A stretch of 64,000 nt of DNA from Acidobacteriota bacterium (GCA_016700175.1 CP065003.1:1805238-1869237); one strand, 5' to 3'. Shown: positions 51,261-61,783, counted from the stretch's first letter. Numbers and translations are program-made. The notes: a model not told the origin generated them from the sequence alone.

Positions 51261-52118
51261 TCATTTCTCATTCCGTTCTTCGAGATAAGGCAGCGGATCG
51301 ACGGTGCAGTAGTCCGGAGAGCTTTCCACGAGATGCTTGAGGATGGGGATATGACCCTGGCCGTAGATCACGAAGACGCGGTCGCCGGGCTCGGAAATTC
51401 GGGTGAGGTTGGCGAAGATCCTCAGATTCCTTTGATACCAGACCGATACAAAATCGGCGCCTGCGTAGTTGTCGCCGTCCGCCATCGGTGCGAAGTAACC
51501 GATGTACGGTGTATGTGTGAGCTTCAGCATTTCCGGACGGTTCATCTGGTAGAGCATGTATGAAACTGTTCCTTCGGAAAGCCACTTTCCCATCTGTTCC
51601 ATCGCCCGGCCGCCTAACTTCTCCATATCGGCCATTTTCTTCTGAAACTCCGGCTTTGCGCCTATGACCGGACCAAGCGTTTTGTCGTCAAGAGGCATGT
51701 GCACGTCGATCGGGAAGACCTCCTGGTGGCCCATCTGCTTCGCCAGCCGGAAACCTATCTGCTCCTCCTCGCTCGGGCGCAATTCACGTGTACCTTTCAA
51801 ATAGGACTGCCAGCGGTCGGAGGCCGACTTGCCCGCCCAGGGATCTTCGATCGCGACCTTCGTAGGCTTGAACCCCGCAAGCCGGTCGACCAAGGCCTTG
51901 ATCTCCTTCTGCCGTTTCTCCGCGAGAACGTCATCGGCTTTCAGGTTGAACCGGTCGAGTCCGGGATTCGCCATGTGGTAGCTTCCGACCATAAGCACGG
52001 CGATCCGGTCGTCATCCTCCTGACAGGCGTCCGGCGGAACGTTCAGATCCAGCTGGGCGACCCCCGAGCCCGCAAGCAAAAGCAAAGCCAGAGCGGCGAT
52101 TGAAAATGTTCTGATCAT
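51261..52118 (-). CDS. hypothetical secreted protein (possibly DUF5694/TraB-like)
   Basis: 285-aa ORF with a signal peptide. The VLMVGSYHMANPGLD block is reminiscent of that family, but the function is not established. Confidence 0.6.
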   Translation of the reverse strand: MIRTFSIAALALLLLAGSGVAQLDLNVPPDACQEDDDRIAVLMVGSYHMANPGLDRFNLKADDVLAEKRQKEIKALVDRLAGFKPTKVAIEDPWAGKSASDRWQSYLKGTRELRPSEEEQIGFRLAKQMGHQEVFPIDVHMPLDDKTLGPVIGAKPEFQKKMADMEKLGGRAMEQMGKWLSEGTVSYMLYQMNRPEMLKLTHTPYIGYFAPMADGDNYAGADFVSVWYQRNLRIFANLTRISEPGDRVFVIYGQGHIPILKHLVESSPDYCTVDPLPYLEERNEK

Positions 52119-52173
52119 CGTTGTCCTCTTGATTCTCGAATCTTATCCCCTCTTCCGTCACTACTTGAGGGGA

Positions 52174-55100
52174 TCACTGCTGCGGCGCCTCTCTCTCATC
52201 GATAAAATACAACTTGTCCGCCTTTTTCGGTTCGGGATAGATCCTCGATGCGTCGGCGCCGCTGTAAACCACCCCGTTCTTCAGCACGTACTCGATCGAC
52301 CTAGAATTCCTTATTTTCTCGGCGGGATTTTTGGTCATCACGACAAGATCAGCGTATTTCCCGGGTTCGACAGAACCGAGTATGTGGTCAAGCCCGTGAT
52401 GCTTGTAGCCGTTGATCGTCGCGATCTCGATCGCCTCAAGCGGGGTGAATCCTCCCATCGTAAAGAGTTCCATCTCCCAGTGCGCTCCGAGCCCCATCAT
52501 CTGGCCGTGCGCGCCCATCTGGAGCAGGACTCCCTCTTTATAGAGCTTCCGGAGTTCCTTCGCCATGCGCGCCCAGTAATAGTCGTCCTCCCAGAGTTTC
52601 GCCGAGCGCCTGAACCTGAGCAGGTAGTCCTTCCTGAAGAAGTTCAGGAGTTTCTGATCTTCCCAGTACCTCTCCGTGAAATCGAAGTAGCTTTGCCCGG
52701 AAGGGCCGTTGTAGACGACGACCAGCGTGGGCGTCATTCCGATCTCCGAAGCCTTGAAGAGCCGGACGACATCCTCATAAAAGGGCTCGAGGCCCATCGA
52801 ATGCTCGATCCCCGTAAACCCGTCGATGATCTGGGTTTGATTCATCTGCGGGTTTCCGAAAGACTCGGTGATGATGTTCACTTCGAGCTGTTTCGCGGCC
52901 TGTGCGAGGTACTTTCTCGAGTCCCTCTCGTGGTTCGAATAGTCCTTGACCGCGGTCGCGCCGTGGTCCTTGTTGAACTGTACGTGCTCCAGCGCGTCCT
53001 CCAGGCTGTCGATCTGGCGGTACATCTTCGTGCGGTACTTGGTGACGAACATCGGATCGCCGACCGAGAAGATCCTCGGGCCGTCGAGTTTGCCGGCGCG
53101 CAGCATGTCCGAAACCCAGAAGTCCTTCTGCGTCGTGCCGTACACGTCGTACATCGTCGTGACGCCGTACGCAAGATTCGCCTTCAATCCGTAAAGATTC
53201 TGCTCGATCACGTTAAGCGCGGATACAGGACTGCCGTAGTGCCCGTGCGCGTCGAACATACCCGGCATCACGGTCCGCCCTTTGAGATCGAAGACGCGTG
53301 CGCCCGGCGGTACGGGGACGTTCCTGCCCACCGCCTTGATCCTGTCGTTCTCGATGACGATCGTCGCTCCTTCCAGAACTTCCCGGTTCGCGTTCATCGT
53401 GATCACGCGGACGTTCGTCAATGCGATCGTCGTCGCCGGGCTCGCGATATCGAAAGAAAAGCCGAGCGGCGTTTTCTCCGGTCCTCCCGAACCGCCGAGA
53501 ACGTCGGCGAGTTTCTTCTCGTAAAAGAAGGCTCCCCGCGTCCATTGAAGCGTAGAACCGTCTTCCGACCATTCCGTGAAATCACCGTCGTATTCGCGAT
53601 CGACCCGCTTTGTGTAGCCCTTGTTGTCGGCCGCGCTGATCTCCGAGGGTTTTCCGATGTATTCGTAGGGCGACACGTAAGTGCGGTGATATTCGCGGAA
53701 CGCGATCCATTTGTGGTCGGGCGATATGACGGCCCTGGTGGCGTTCGGGAAGACGAACAGCGTCTTGTAGTCCAGCCCGTCCGTGTTCACGCGCCGGATC
53801 TCGAGTTTGTCGTCCGCATAGGCGGAGTAATAAATGTGCTTGCTGTCCGGGCCGAATTTCACCGATGGAGGCCTTTTCGCGTAACGGTTCCCGCTCCAGT
53901 CGACGTTAGCAAGCTTCTTCTGCGTGCCGTCCGGTCCGATCAGGACAAGCTCGAAATCGGTCTGGTCCTCTAGTTTCTCGCCGCGCATCATCGATCCGGC
54001 TCCGCGAAGAAAAGCCACCTGTGATCCGTCGACCGAAACCGCGATCGACCCGTACTGGGTCGGCGAGGCGGCAAGCGTCTCCACATTTCCGCCGTCAGCG
54101 TCCATCCTCCTTAGAGATCCCCTTGTACGGTCGTTCCACGACGCAAAGTAGATCTTGCGGGTGCCCGAATGATAGACGGGATTCGTTTCGTGTTCGGGCG
54201 AGTTCGTCAAATTGGTCAGGTTCCCGCCGGTCCTCGAATAGAGATCTCCGAGCGCTTCGAACAGCACGGAATCGCCGGCGCGCTGTCCCCATCGGTGGGA
54301 CCGGGTCGTCGTTTCGCCTTCGGGTATGGACAGCCTGAACCTGATCGTCTTGTCGATCTCCCTTTCTACAGGCGCGGTGAAGGGGATGATCCTGTCTTGC
54401 TTCGTCCTGACGTCGACCGCGTGGATCTTCCCGCCGTAGCTCAGCACGATCTCGTTCCCGGAAGGGTGCCAGGCGATGTTCGGATAGACTCCGTAAAAGC
54501 CCCTCGACTCGAACCTTCCGTAGTCGAGGTTTTCCGAAAGCACCGTTTCCCTTTTCGTCGCGAGTTCGTGGAGAACAAGCACGGTCCTCGTGTCATCGCG
54601 ATGAACATAAGCGAGATATTTGCCGTCCGGCGAAAGCCTTATACTTCCGGCGCCGCCCGGACGTTCGATATAGACCTTGGTCTCGCCCGTGTTCTTGTCA
54701 TAAGTCTTCACCCGAGGGCCGCTCGACGGGAGGCTCTCGTCGTGGTGTACGTAATAGATCAGCCCGTTGGTCGGATGTTCGTTGAAATGATTGACGGGCG
54801 TTCTTCCTCCCGCCGGAAGGATCTCTTTCTTCGTACCGAAGAAGTTGAACTGATATGCCGGAAACCTGACCTGCATATTCAGGCTCGTCCCGTAGACGTG
54901 CCTTCCGTCGCGGGACCACGTCCCTTGAAAGACGGGCCGCTTCATTCTGGAAACGTTCGCGGCCCGGCCGTTCGTGAGATCCATCACCCAAAGGTCGTTG
55001 CTCACTTCCTCGTCCGACGTGTAGAGCAGTCGGTTTCCCGTGCTGTCGTGCCGAGGGAACATGTTCCACGATCTGCCTTTCGTAAGGCTCTTGGCTTCGC

Positions 55101-55278
55101 CTCCGGAATAAGGGACCCGGTACAGATGCCCCAGAAGATCGAAGACAATGGATTCGCCGTCCGGAGATATATCGACACTGATCCAGGTGCCTTCGGTCGC
55201 GGTGTATTTCAGTTGACTGCTTTGTGAAAGCACAGGAAACGTGAGAGCCAACAGCAGAACAACGGTAAATATCTTCAT
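52174..55278 (-). CDS. PD40/TolB-like beta-propeller fused to amidohydrolase
   Basis: Signal peptide, N-terminal propeller repeats (SPDG...), C-terminal amidohydrolase with MPGMFDAHGHYG metal motif. 1034 aa. Confidence 0.85.
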   Translation of the reverse strand: MKIFTVVLLLALTFPVLSQSSQLKYTATEGTWISVDISPDGESIVFDLLGHLYRVPYSGGEAKSLTKGRSWNMFPRHDSTGNRLLYTSDEEVSNDLWVMDLTNGRAANVSRMKRPVFQGTWSRDGRHVYGTSLNMQVRFPAYQFNFFGTKKEILPAGGRTPVNHFNEHPTNGLIYYVHHDESLPSSGPRVKTYDKNTGETKVYIERPGGAGSIRLSPDGKYLAYVHRDDTRTVLVLHELATKRETVLSENLDYGRFESRGFYGVYPNIAWHPSGNEIVLSYGGKIHAVDVRTKQDRIIPFTAPVEREIDKTIRFRLSIPEGETTTRSHRWGQRAGDSVLFEALGDLYSRTGGNLTNLTNSPEHETNPVYHSGTRKIYFASWNDRTRGSLRRMDADGGNVETLAASPTQYGSIAVSVDGSQVAFLRGAGSMMRGEKLEDQTDFELVLIGPDGTQKKLANVDWSGNRYAKRPPSVKFGPDSKHIYYSAYADDKLEIRRVNTDGLDYKTLFVFPNATRAVISPDHKWIAFREYHRTYVSPYEYIGKPSEISAADNKGYTKRVDREYDGDFTEWSEDGSTLQWTRGAFFYEKKLADVLGGSGGPEKTPLGFSFDIASPATTIALTNVRVITMNANREVLEGATIVIENDRIKAVGRNVPVPPGARVFDLKGRTVMPGMFDAHGHYGSPVSALNVIEQNLYGLKANLAYGVTTMYDVYGTTQKDFWVSDMLRAGKLDGPRIFSVGDPMFVTKYRTKMYRQIDSLEDALEHVQFNKDHGATAVKDYSNHERDSRKYLAQAAKQLEVNIITESFGNPQMNQTQIIDGFTGIEHSMGLEPFYEDVVRLFKASEIGMTPTLVVVYNGPSGQSYFDFTERYWEDQKLLNFFRKDYLLRFRRSAKLWEDDYYWARMAKELRKLYKEGVLLQMGAHGQMMGLGAHWEMELFTMGGFTPLEAIEIATINGYKHHGLDHILGSVEPGKYADLVVMTKNPAEKIRNSRSIEYVLKNGVVYSGADASRIYPEPKKADKLYFIDEREAPQQ

Positions 55279-55480
55279 TTCAGGTCCCTGGAAGTACGGA
55301 GAATCGGTTGTTATTTGGCCGCACGGATGGCGCGAATGAACAGAACCTTAGCACAGAGCGGTTGAAGGTTGAATGTCCTGAACCGGTTCGCAGACCATAA
55401 AACTGCGGGCACCCGCGGGATATCGCCGTTCAGGGAACGCTTCGCAATGTCCCGTTGCCAAGCTCGGTAAGAGTAAATTA

Positions 55481-55593
55481 ACAGGGATGAAGGGAGTGAA
55501 GGAGATTTCGGCGATTGTGTGTCAACGTTGAATGGTACTTCGGAGCGTTCGGGCCCGGCATTAGCCATCTCCTTCACCCCCTTCATCGCTGTT
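55481..55593. repeat. palindromic element P1, copy A
   Basis: Arms AACAGGGATGAAGGGAGTGAAGGAGAT and ATCTCCTTCACCCCCTTCATCGCTGTT. Confidence 0.9.
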
Positions 55594-55606
55594 TCAAGAG
55601 TTAGAA

Positions 55607-55782
55607 GAAACAGGATCGACAAGATGAAAAGGATTGATAGTTGAGAATTGAAAGTAGGGGATTCTACAATCCCGGATCCGGTTCCTAAAGTGGCTACTGG
55701 CTTGGTTTGAAATCAATCCGGTCCAACTACCATTCCCAATTCTCAATTCTCAATTTTTTTCATCCTGTCTATCCTGTTTTTT
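55607..55782. mobile_element. MITE-like palindromic element P2, copy A (176 bp)
   Basis: About 50-nt arms GAAACAGGATCGACAAGATGAAAAGGATTGATAGTTGAGAATTGAAAGT and ...CCCAATTCTCAATTCTCAATTTTTTTCATCCTGTCTATCCTGTTTTTTC. Confidence 0.6.
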
Positions 55783-55795
55783 CAATTCGTCTTTC

Positions 55796-55954
55796 GAAAC
55801 AGGATCGACAGGATGAATAGTATTAATAGTTGAGGATTGAAAGTGGGAGATTCCACGATCCCGCACGCGGTTCGTGAAGTGATTACTGGATTAGCCTGAG
55901 ATCAAAAGGGCCCAACGACCATTCCCAATTCTCAATTCTTAACTATCAATCCTG
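55796..55954. mobile_element. MITE-like palindromic element P2, copy B (right arm truncated)
   Basis: Same arms as 55607-55782. The kinase stop codon 55946-55948 lies in the right arm. Confidence 0.55.
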
Positions 55955-58543
55955 TAATTGTTCCAGCTCCTGCTTCACTCTGACAGTTTCGGGATGGCTC
56001 GCTCCGCGGGATTTCAACAGGGCCTCATACGCGGAGCGCACGAGTTCGCGGGCCTCTTCGAATCTCTTCTGCGCGGCCAGGTTCATCCCCAGACGATGTC
56101 TCGCGGCGGCCGCGTTGGCGTTTGGATCCTTCGAATTCGCATTGAAAAACTCAAGGGCGCTCCTGTGTTCTGCTTCGCCTTTTTCCAGCATCCCTTGCCG
56201 CGTAAAATACTCGCCCCGCAGTGACCGGGTCACGGCGGTTATCACGCTTCCGTTTGGGTGCAGCTCTTTACCGGCAGACTCCGCCTTGCTCAACAGTTCG
56301 TCGGCCTTTGCGAAGTTCTGCTGAGCCAAATAGATCCGTACCAGGCGGTTCGCAAGTTCGATCGTGTAGATGTTCTTTTCGCCCACGCTTTTCAAAGCAA
56401 TCTCGTACGCTTCCGAGAACCGCTGCTCCGCCTTGTTCAGGTCACCTCTCAATAGGGAGATCTCGCCCAACTCCCTGAGCAGATTTGCGCCATCCAGATT
56501 TGCTGCGCCCCCGCGCGAACGCAGTTCCGCCAGGCCCTTGTCCAGCACACTCTCGGCTCTTTGAAGATCTCCGAGAGAAACCAGCGCCGTTCCGAGATTC
56601 CCGAGCAGGACGGGGATCATCCTCCTGTCATCGCCTTCGAACCCGCTCGCGATCTCAAGGGCTTCTTGATTCAGTTCCGCCGTCTGCCTGAAATCGCCTT
56701 TCAAAAGCCTGATGTTGCCCAGCCCGCTCAGCGCTCCTGCAAGGACCAGGTTCGTCTCTTTGTCATCTCCCCGTCTCGGGCGAAGAAATTCGACCGTCTT
56801 CCGGTACTCCTCGCCCGCTTCGTCAAACCTTGCCTGCAGGTAAAGCTGGTTGCCAAGTTGCCCACGGAACTGCATCGATCTCAGGTTTTCCGGTCCGCGG
56901 ATCCTCTCATAGTTCTCGATAGCCTTTCTTATCAGCTTCTCCGAGGTCTTGTTATCGCCTTTGCCCATAAACGCCTTGCCGAGAATAAAAAAGATCTCGG
57001 CCTGCACCTCCGGCTGATCGGCCAATTCCCTTTCTACATTCTGTGCCGCAAGGTCCATAGCTTCGGCAATGGTCGCCTGACGCTTGCGTTCGGGATTTGG
57101 CGAATTCCAGAACGGATTGGCGAAGTTGAGGATGTTTCCGACGAAGTTCAGTGCCTCTTTGGTCTTCGCAGCCTCGGATCTTGCCCTTTCCGCCTCGATC
57201 TCGGTCTGTCGCGCCTGCCACAGAGTAGCGCCGAGACCGACAAGGACCGCGAGCAGGATCAGGAAACCGGCGGCCGCGGCGAAAGCGTTTCGGCGCAGGA
57301 ATTTCCCCGTTCGGTACATCAGCGTGTCGGGCCGCGCCAGGACCGGAAGGCCGTTAAGAAATCGTTCTATGTCGTCAGCTAGCCTTTCGGCGGTCGAATA
57401 TCTGCGGTCCGGTTCCTTCTTGAGCGCCTTGAGGATTATGTTGTCGAGATCACCTTTCAGCTGCTGCCAACGGACGGGATGGGTTTCCGGAACGGTTCTA
57501 GTGCGTGAAGACGACGCGGTCTTTTCGCGGGCAGATGAAGTGGGCGGGTCATTTTCCGGAGGCGAAGAGAGATGCGGCGAACCGGTGTCCGAATTCCTCG
57601 TCCGCGCGGCTTCCGAAGGCATCGGGGGCTCTTCATCCACCACGGCTTCGTAGATCGCCTTGAGATCGTCCTCCTTCGAAGCAAACGGACGCACGCCGCT
57701 CATAAGCTCGTAGAGGATCACACCGAGTGAATAGATATCGGCGGCGGTCGTGACGCTTCGCTTTTGCAGCTGTTCGGGCGAGGCGTACGACGGCGTCATC
57801 ACTCCCAGTCTCGTGATGGTCGCCGTGTCCGTCTCTCCGATCTCGTCGCTGAGTATCTTGGAAATCCCGAAATCGAGGAGTTTCGGGACTCCGTTCTTGT
57901 CGACAAGAATATTCGAGGGCTTCAGATCTCTGTGAACGACCAGATTACGGTGGGCAAAGCCGACGGCCTCGCATACCTTGATGAACATTTCCAGGCGCTC
58001 GTTCAGGCCCAGAGAATGGCGGTCGCAGAACTCGTCGATCGGGAGGCCGTCGACGTATTCCATCGCGAGAAAAGGAATCCCTTCATCAGTGGTTCCCGCG
58101 TTCAGCAACCTGGCGATCGACGGATGTTCCAGCGAGGCCAGGATCTCACGCTCCTGCCTGAACCTTGCGCGCAGCGCAGAGGTATTCAGCTCCCGCTTCA
58201 GAAGCTTTAGTGCGACCTTCTGCTCAAGCTTGCCGTCGGTCCGCTCGGCCAGGAAAACCGCGCCCATTCCGCCCGAGCCCAGCTCGCCAGTGATCTTGTA
58301 AACGTCAATGAGCTGCCCGACAGGCGCTCCATTGTCCGACTCGAGGAAGTCGTGCGAGAACTCGATCGCGGCAAGGTTGAACGAGGCGGCCGCTTCTTCC
58401 TCGAAGCTGAGCAGCTGCTCCACCTCTTGTCTCACTTCGCTGCTCAACCCCGCGCTTGAAAGAAACGCCCGCCTTTCGGAGGGATCGAGCTCAAGGACCT
58501 CTTCGAGTACCTCGTTTACCCTGTTGTGATCGATCTCTGGCAT
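55946..58543 (-). CDS. Ser/Thr protein kinase with TM helix and TPR domain, sigma-linked
   Basis: G-loop GSGGMG at aa 89-94, HRDLKPSN, DFG, SPEQ. 70-aa N-terminal extension. The stop codon lies in the arm of a palindromic element. Confidence 0.9.
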   Translation of the reverse strand: MPEIDHNRVNEVLEEVLELDPSERRAFLSSAGLSSEVRQEVEQLLSFEEEAAASFNLAAIEFSHDFLESDNGAPVGQLIDVYKITGELGSGGMGAVFLAERTDGKLEQKVALKLLKRELNTSALRARFRQEREILASLEHPSIARLLNAGTTDEGIPFLAMEYVDGLPIDEFCDRHSLGLNERLEMFIKVCEAVGFAHRNLVVHRDLKPSNILVDKNGVPKLLDFGISKILSDEIGETDTATITRLGVMTPSYASPEQLQKRSVTTAADIYSLGVILYELMSGVRPFASKEDDLKAIYEAVVDEEPPMPSEAARTRNSDTGSPHLSSPPENDPPTSSAREKTASSSRTRTVPETHPVRWQQLKGDLDNIILKALKKEPDRRYSTAERLADDIERFLNGLPVLARPDTLMYRTGKFLRRNAFAAAAGFLILLAVLVGLGATLWQARQTEIEAERARSEAAKTKEALNFVGNILNFANPFWNSPNPERKRQATIAEAMDLAAQNVERELADQPEVQAEIFFILGKAFMGKGDNKTSEKLIRKAIENYERIRGPENLRSMQFRGQLGNQLYLQARFDEAGEEYRKTVEFLRPRRGDDKETNLVLAGALSGLGNIRLLKGDFRQTAELNQEALEIASGFEGDDRRMIPVLLGNLGTALVSLGDLQRAESVLDKGLAELRSRGGAANLDGANLLRELGEISLLRGDLNKAEQRFSEAYEIALKSVGEKNIYTIELANRLVRIYLAQQNFAKADELLSKAESAGKELHPNGSVITAVTRSLRGEYFTRQGMLEKGEAEHRSALEFFNANSKDPNANAAAARHRLGMNLAAQKRFEEARELVRSAYEALLKSRGASHPETVRVKQELEQLQD

Positions 58544-58619
58544 ATGACGCTATGAAAATGCTCCCTGCGTAAATATGTGCGAACCGAAGACAGACTGTGC
58601 CACTTGAGAGGCAGGTAGG

Positions 58620-59186
58620 CTACTTGTTGAGTTCCCTGTACAGCCAGAGCCGTGCGGCTCCCCATTTCCGAATTACCGACCTGACGCTGATGTCGAGCGC
58701 ATCCGCGATCTCTTCGTTGCTAAGACCGCCGAAGAATCGCATCTCCACTATCTTCGACTGTTCCTCGCTAAAATCCGCCAGGCGCGTCAGCACTTCGTCT
58801 AGGGCGAGTATCGACTCCGCTCTCTGCTCGACCGGGAGCTGAACTTCGTCTATCGAGAAGTGGATCTGATTGCTTCCGCGCTTCGCGGTAGACCGCGACC
58901 GCGCGTGCTGTACAAGGATCTGCCGCATCAGGTGCGAGGCGATGCCGTAGAAGTGACTCCGGTTCTTCCAGTCGATCCCGGATTGTTTGCTGATCTGGAT
59001 GAACGCCTCGTGAACCAGCGCCGTGGGCTGCAACGTGTGGCCCTTTCTTTCGCGCGACATAAGGAGACGGGCTTGCCGCTTGAGTTCGTCATAGACGAAA
59101 GGCATCAGGCGCTCTTTGGCGTCCTCATTTCCCTCGTTCCAGTCCTGGAGGATCTGAGTTATCTCGGAAGAAGTTTGTTCGATCAT
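58620..59186 (-). CDS. ECF-type RNA polymerase sigma factor (kinase-associated family)
   Basis: Paralogue of 15172-15750 (ITQILQDWNEGNEDAKERLMPFVYDEL). Start set at ATG 59186, with an alternative at 59219. Confidence 0.88.
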   Translation of the reverse strand: MIEQTSSEITQILQDWNEGNEDAKERLMPFVYDELKRQARLLMSRERKGHTLQPTALVHEAFIQISKQSGIDWKNRSHFYGIASHLMRQILVQHARSRSTAKRGSNQIHFSIDEVQLPVEQRAESILALDEVLTRLADFSEEQSKIVEMRFFGGLSNEEIADALDISVRSVIRKWGAARLWLYRELNK

Positions 59187-59450
59187 CTTTATCGAGCGGG
59201 CCGGTTTAGCGAAAAGCACCGGCCCGGGGAGTCAGGATGGTCCCGATGTTCGCTTTTTTCTTTTGCGTTCGTTGAAAGTTTCCCAAATTCGCTCGCGATC
59301 CGCAAAGCAAATTCGGCGGGCGGTCGCGCCAACCCCGGCAAGACCTCATAGATAGCAATTTTCCGGTCGGTTTTGGCAGTTTTTTCTCCGGTTCTCACAT
59401 ACACACATAGTTGAACGAATTTCAGTTGTACTCAGAACCCGGAGGAAAGA

Positions 59451-61658
59451 ATGTACTTAGTAAATTTAAGATCAGGACTTGTAGGAATTTGCGTGCTTGC
59501 AGCCGCCGTTTTCTCGGTTCAGGCCATACAGGCGGCGACTTTCACCGTGACCAACACAAATGACAACGGGGCGGGGAGCCTGCGCCAGGCGATACTCGAT
59601 GCCAACGCCTCACTGGACGCGGATGTGATCCAGTTCGACGCGGGTGTATTCAGCACGCCGCAGACCATCACGCTCACGACCGAAGAACTCTATATAGACA
59701 GCAACATCACGATAAACGGCCCCGGAGCGGGCCTCCTGAGCATTTCCGGAAACGATCAGTTCCGGAATATTCTCATCAGGGGGATCAAGGCCCCGATAAC
59801 CGTTGCGATCAACAATGTGACGATCAGGGACGGGTACGCTGCAGGAGGGCCCGGCATAAGGGTGAACGCGTCCGACACCGATCTGAGAGTCACCCTGAAC
59901 ATCGACAGCGTAGTGCTGCTGGACAACGAGGGCAATAGCGGCGCTCTGGGCGGCGGGATCATGATCTTCGGAAACGGCGACCTGAGCGTCAACGATTCCA
60001 TATTTCGCGGAAACATCGGAAATGGGGGCGGAGGCATTAGCTGCGGCGGCGGCGGCGGTGCGTGCCTCAATGTGAGCATTACAAACACGCTGTTCGAAGC
60101 GAACCAAGGTGGTTCCGTCGGAGGAGCGGGTTTCGGGTGCTGCGGAAACGGCACGCCCGAGTCGCCGATCGTTTTGGAAAACGTCGCGTTTATACGAAAT
60201 GTGACGGGAAACAATGGCAGTGCGGTCAGGCTCTCATCGGGGCCGAACACGCTCTTCGAATTCAAGAATGTAACGGTCGCGCACAATACTTCGGTGATAG
60301 GGGCCGCAATGATACTCCAGTTCGGCCAATTCTCTTTCGAGAACTCAACCATCGCCTACAACAAGAGCACGGAACCAAATGACTTCCGAACGATAGGGAT
60401 ACTCTCTCAATGGGGCGATTCTGTATTGTCCTTCCGCAACACGATCGTTGCCAAAAACTCGAATGTAAACGGCGTCGATAGGGACCTGGACGTTCAGGAT
60501 CGCGTATTCGGCAGCCTCAACTCTCTTGGTTACAACATCTTCGGGTCGCTCGTCGGGACGACCGCGGTTGAAGGCGACACAACGGGCAACCAGATAGGGG
60601 TCGATCCGGGCCTCTACTTCATCCCTCAAGGCACAGGCAGCCCGCTGATGACAATGGCCCTGGTTCCCGGCTCCCCGGCGATCGACGCCGGCGATCCGGG
60701 TAATTTCCTCGCTACTGACTCGCGCGGCGTTTCCCGTCCGGTCGACGGAGACGGGAACGGTTCCGCGCTCCCGGACATAGGAGCCTACGAGAGAACGTCT
60801 GCCGACCTGATACCTCTGAAGCCCGTGTTTGATTTTGACGGCGATGCCAGGACCGATGTGTCCATCTTCAGACCAGGCGCAGACCCGGCGCAGTGGTGGT
60901 TCCTTCGTTCCTCTGACCAGGGCACGCGAGGACTCCAGTTCGGAAGTGCTTCTGATACTCCGGTCGCGGCCGATTTTACGGGCGACGGAAGAACGGATAT
61001 CGCGTTCTGGCGGCCTTCGACCGGCCAGTGGTTCATTCTTCGGAGCGAGGACGACTCTTTCTTCGCGTTCCCATTCGGAGCGCCCGGCGACATTCCTGCT
61101 CCTGGGGATTTCGATGGGGACGGAAAAGCCGATCCGGCTGTCTACAGGCCTTCGGCCGGGACGTGGTTCATATACCGTTCGTCGAACGGGGCCGTTTCCG
61201 CAGTTACTTTCGGGGTCGCGACCGACAAACCGATCGTGGCGGACTACGACGGGGACGGGAAGGACGACATAGGCGTTTACCGTTCGCCCGACAACCAGTT
61301 CTGGCTTCTTAGAAGCAGTCTCGGCGTGAAGGCCTATCAGTTCGGAGCCCCGGGAGACCGCACGGCGGTCGGGGACTGGACGGGAGACGGAAAGGCCGAC
61401 GTGGCATTCTTCAGGCCTTCAACTTCAGAGTGGTACGTGATCAGGAGTGAGGACGACTCGTTCTTCGCGTTCCCCTGGGGAGCGACGGGAGACATCCCGA
61501 GCCCGGGAGACTTCGACGGCGACGGTCAGACCGATCCCGCGGTCTGGAGACCTTCCGACAATACGTGGTACATCTTCGGCTCGACGAACGGCTTCGAGGC
61601 GGTGCTCTTCGGGGCGACGGGAGATGTCCCGCTGCCAAGCTCGGTAAGCGTAAATTAA
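59451..61658 (+). CDS. secreted beta-helix (CSLREA/choice-of-anchor-Q-like) protein with C-terminal FG-GAP/VCBS repeats
   Basis: Signal peptide, NTNDNGAGSLRQAILDAN motif, right-handed beta-helix-like repeats, then about 8 DFDGDGKxDxAxxRPSxGxW repeats. Confidence 0.8.
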   Translation: MYLVNLRSGLVGICVLAAAVFSVQAIQAATFTVTNTNDNGAGSLRQAILDANASLDADVIQFDAGVFSTPQTITLTTEELYIDSNITINGPGAGLLSISGNDQFRNILIRGIKAPITVAINNVTIRDGYAAGGPGIRVNASDTDLRVTLNIDSVVLLDNEGNSGALGGGIMIFGNGDLSVNDSIFRGNIGNGGGGISCGGGGGACLNVSITNTLFEANQGGSVGGAGFGCCGNGTPESPIVLENVAFIRNVTGNNGSAVRLSSGPNTLFEFKNVTVAHNTSVIGAAMILQFGQFSFENSTIAYNKSTEPNDFRTIGILSQWGDSVLSFRNTIVAKNSNVNGVDRDLDVQDRVFGSLNSLGYNIFGSLVGTTAVEGDTTGNQIGVDPGLYFIPQGTGSPLMTMALVPGSPAIDAGDPGNFLATDSRGVSRPVDGDGNGSALPDIGAYERTSADLIPLKPVFDFDGDARTDVSIFRPGADPAQWWFLRSSDQGTRGLQFGSASDTPVAADFTGDGRTDIAFWRPSTGQWFILRSEDDSFFAFPFGAPGDIPAPGDFDGDGKADPAVYRPSAGTWFIYRSSNGAVSAVTFGVATDKPIVADYDGDGKDDIGVYRSPDNQFWLLRSSLGVKAYQFGAPGDRTAVGDWTGDGKADVAFFRPSTSEWYVIRSEDDSFFAFPWGATGDIPSPGDFDGDGQTDPAVWRPSDNTWYIFGSTNGFEAVLFGATGDVPLPSSVSVN

Positions 61659-61770
61659 CAGGGATAGAGGGGGTGAAGGAGATTTCGGCGACCCAGCAGT
61701 AACGTTGAATGGTACTCCGTAGCGTTCGCGCTCGGCACTAGCCATCTCCTTCAACCCCTTAATCCCTGTT
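61657..61770. repeat. palindromic element P1, copy B
   Basis: Left arm 61657-61683 (AACAGGGATAGAGGGGGTGAAGGAGAT) starts within the TAA stop (61656-61658) of the FG-GAP gene. Right arm ATCTCCTTCAACCCCTTAATCCCTGTT. Confidence 0.9.
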
Positions 61771-61783
61771 TCAAGAGGCAGAG

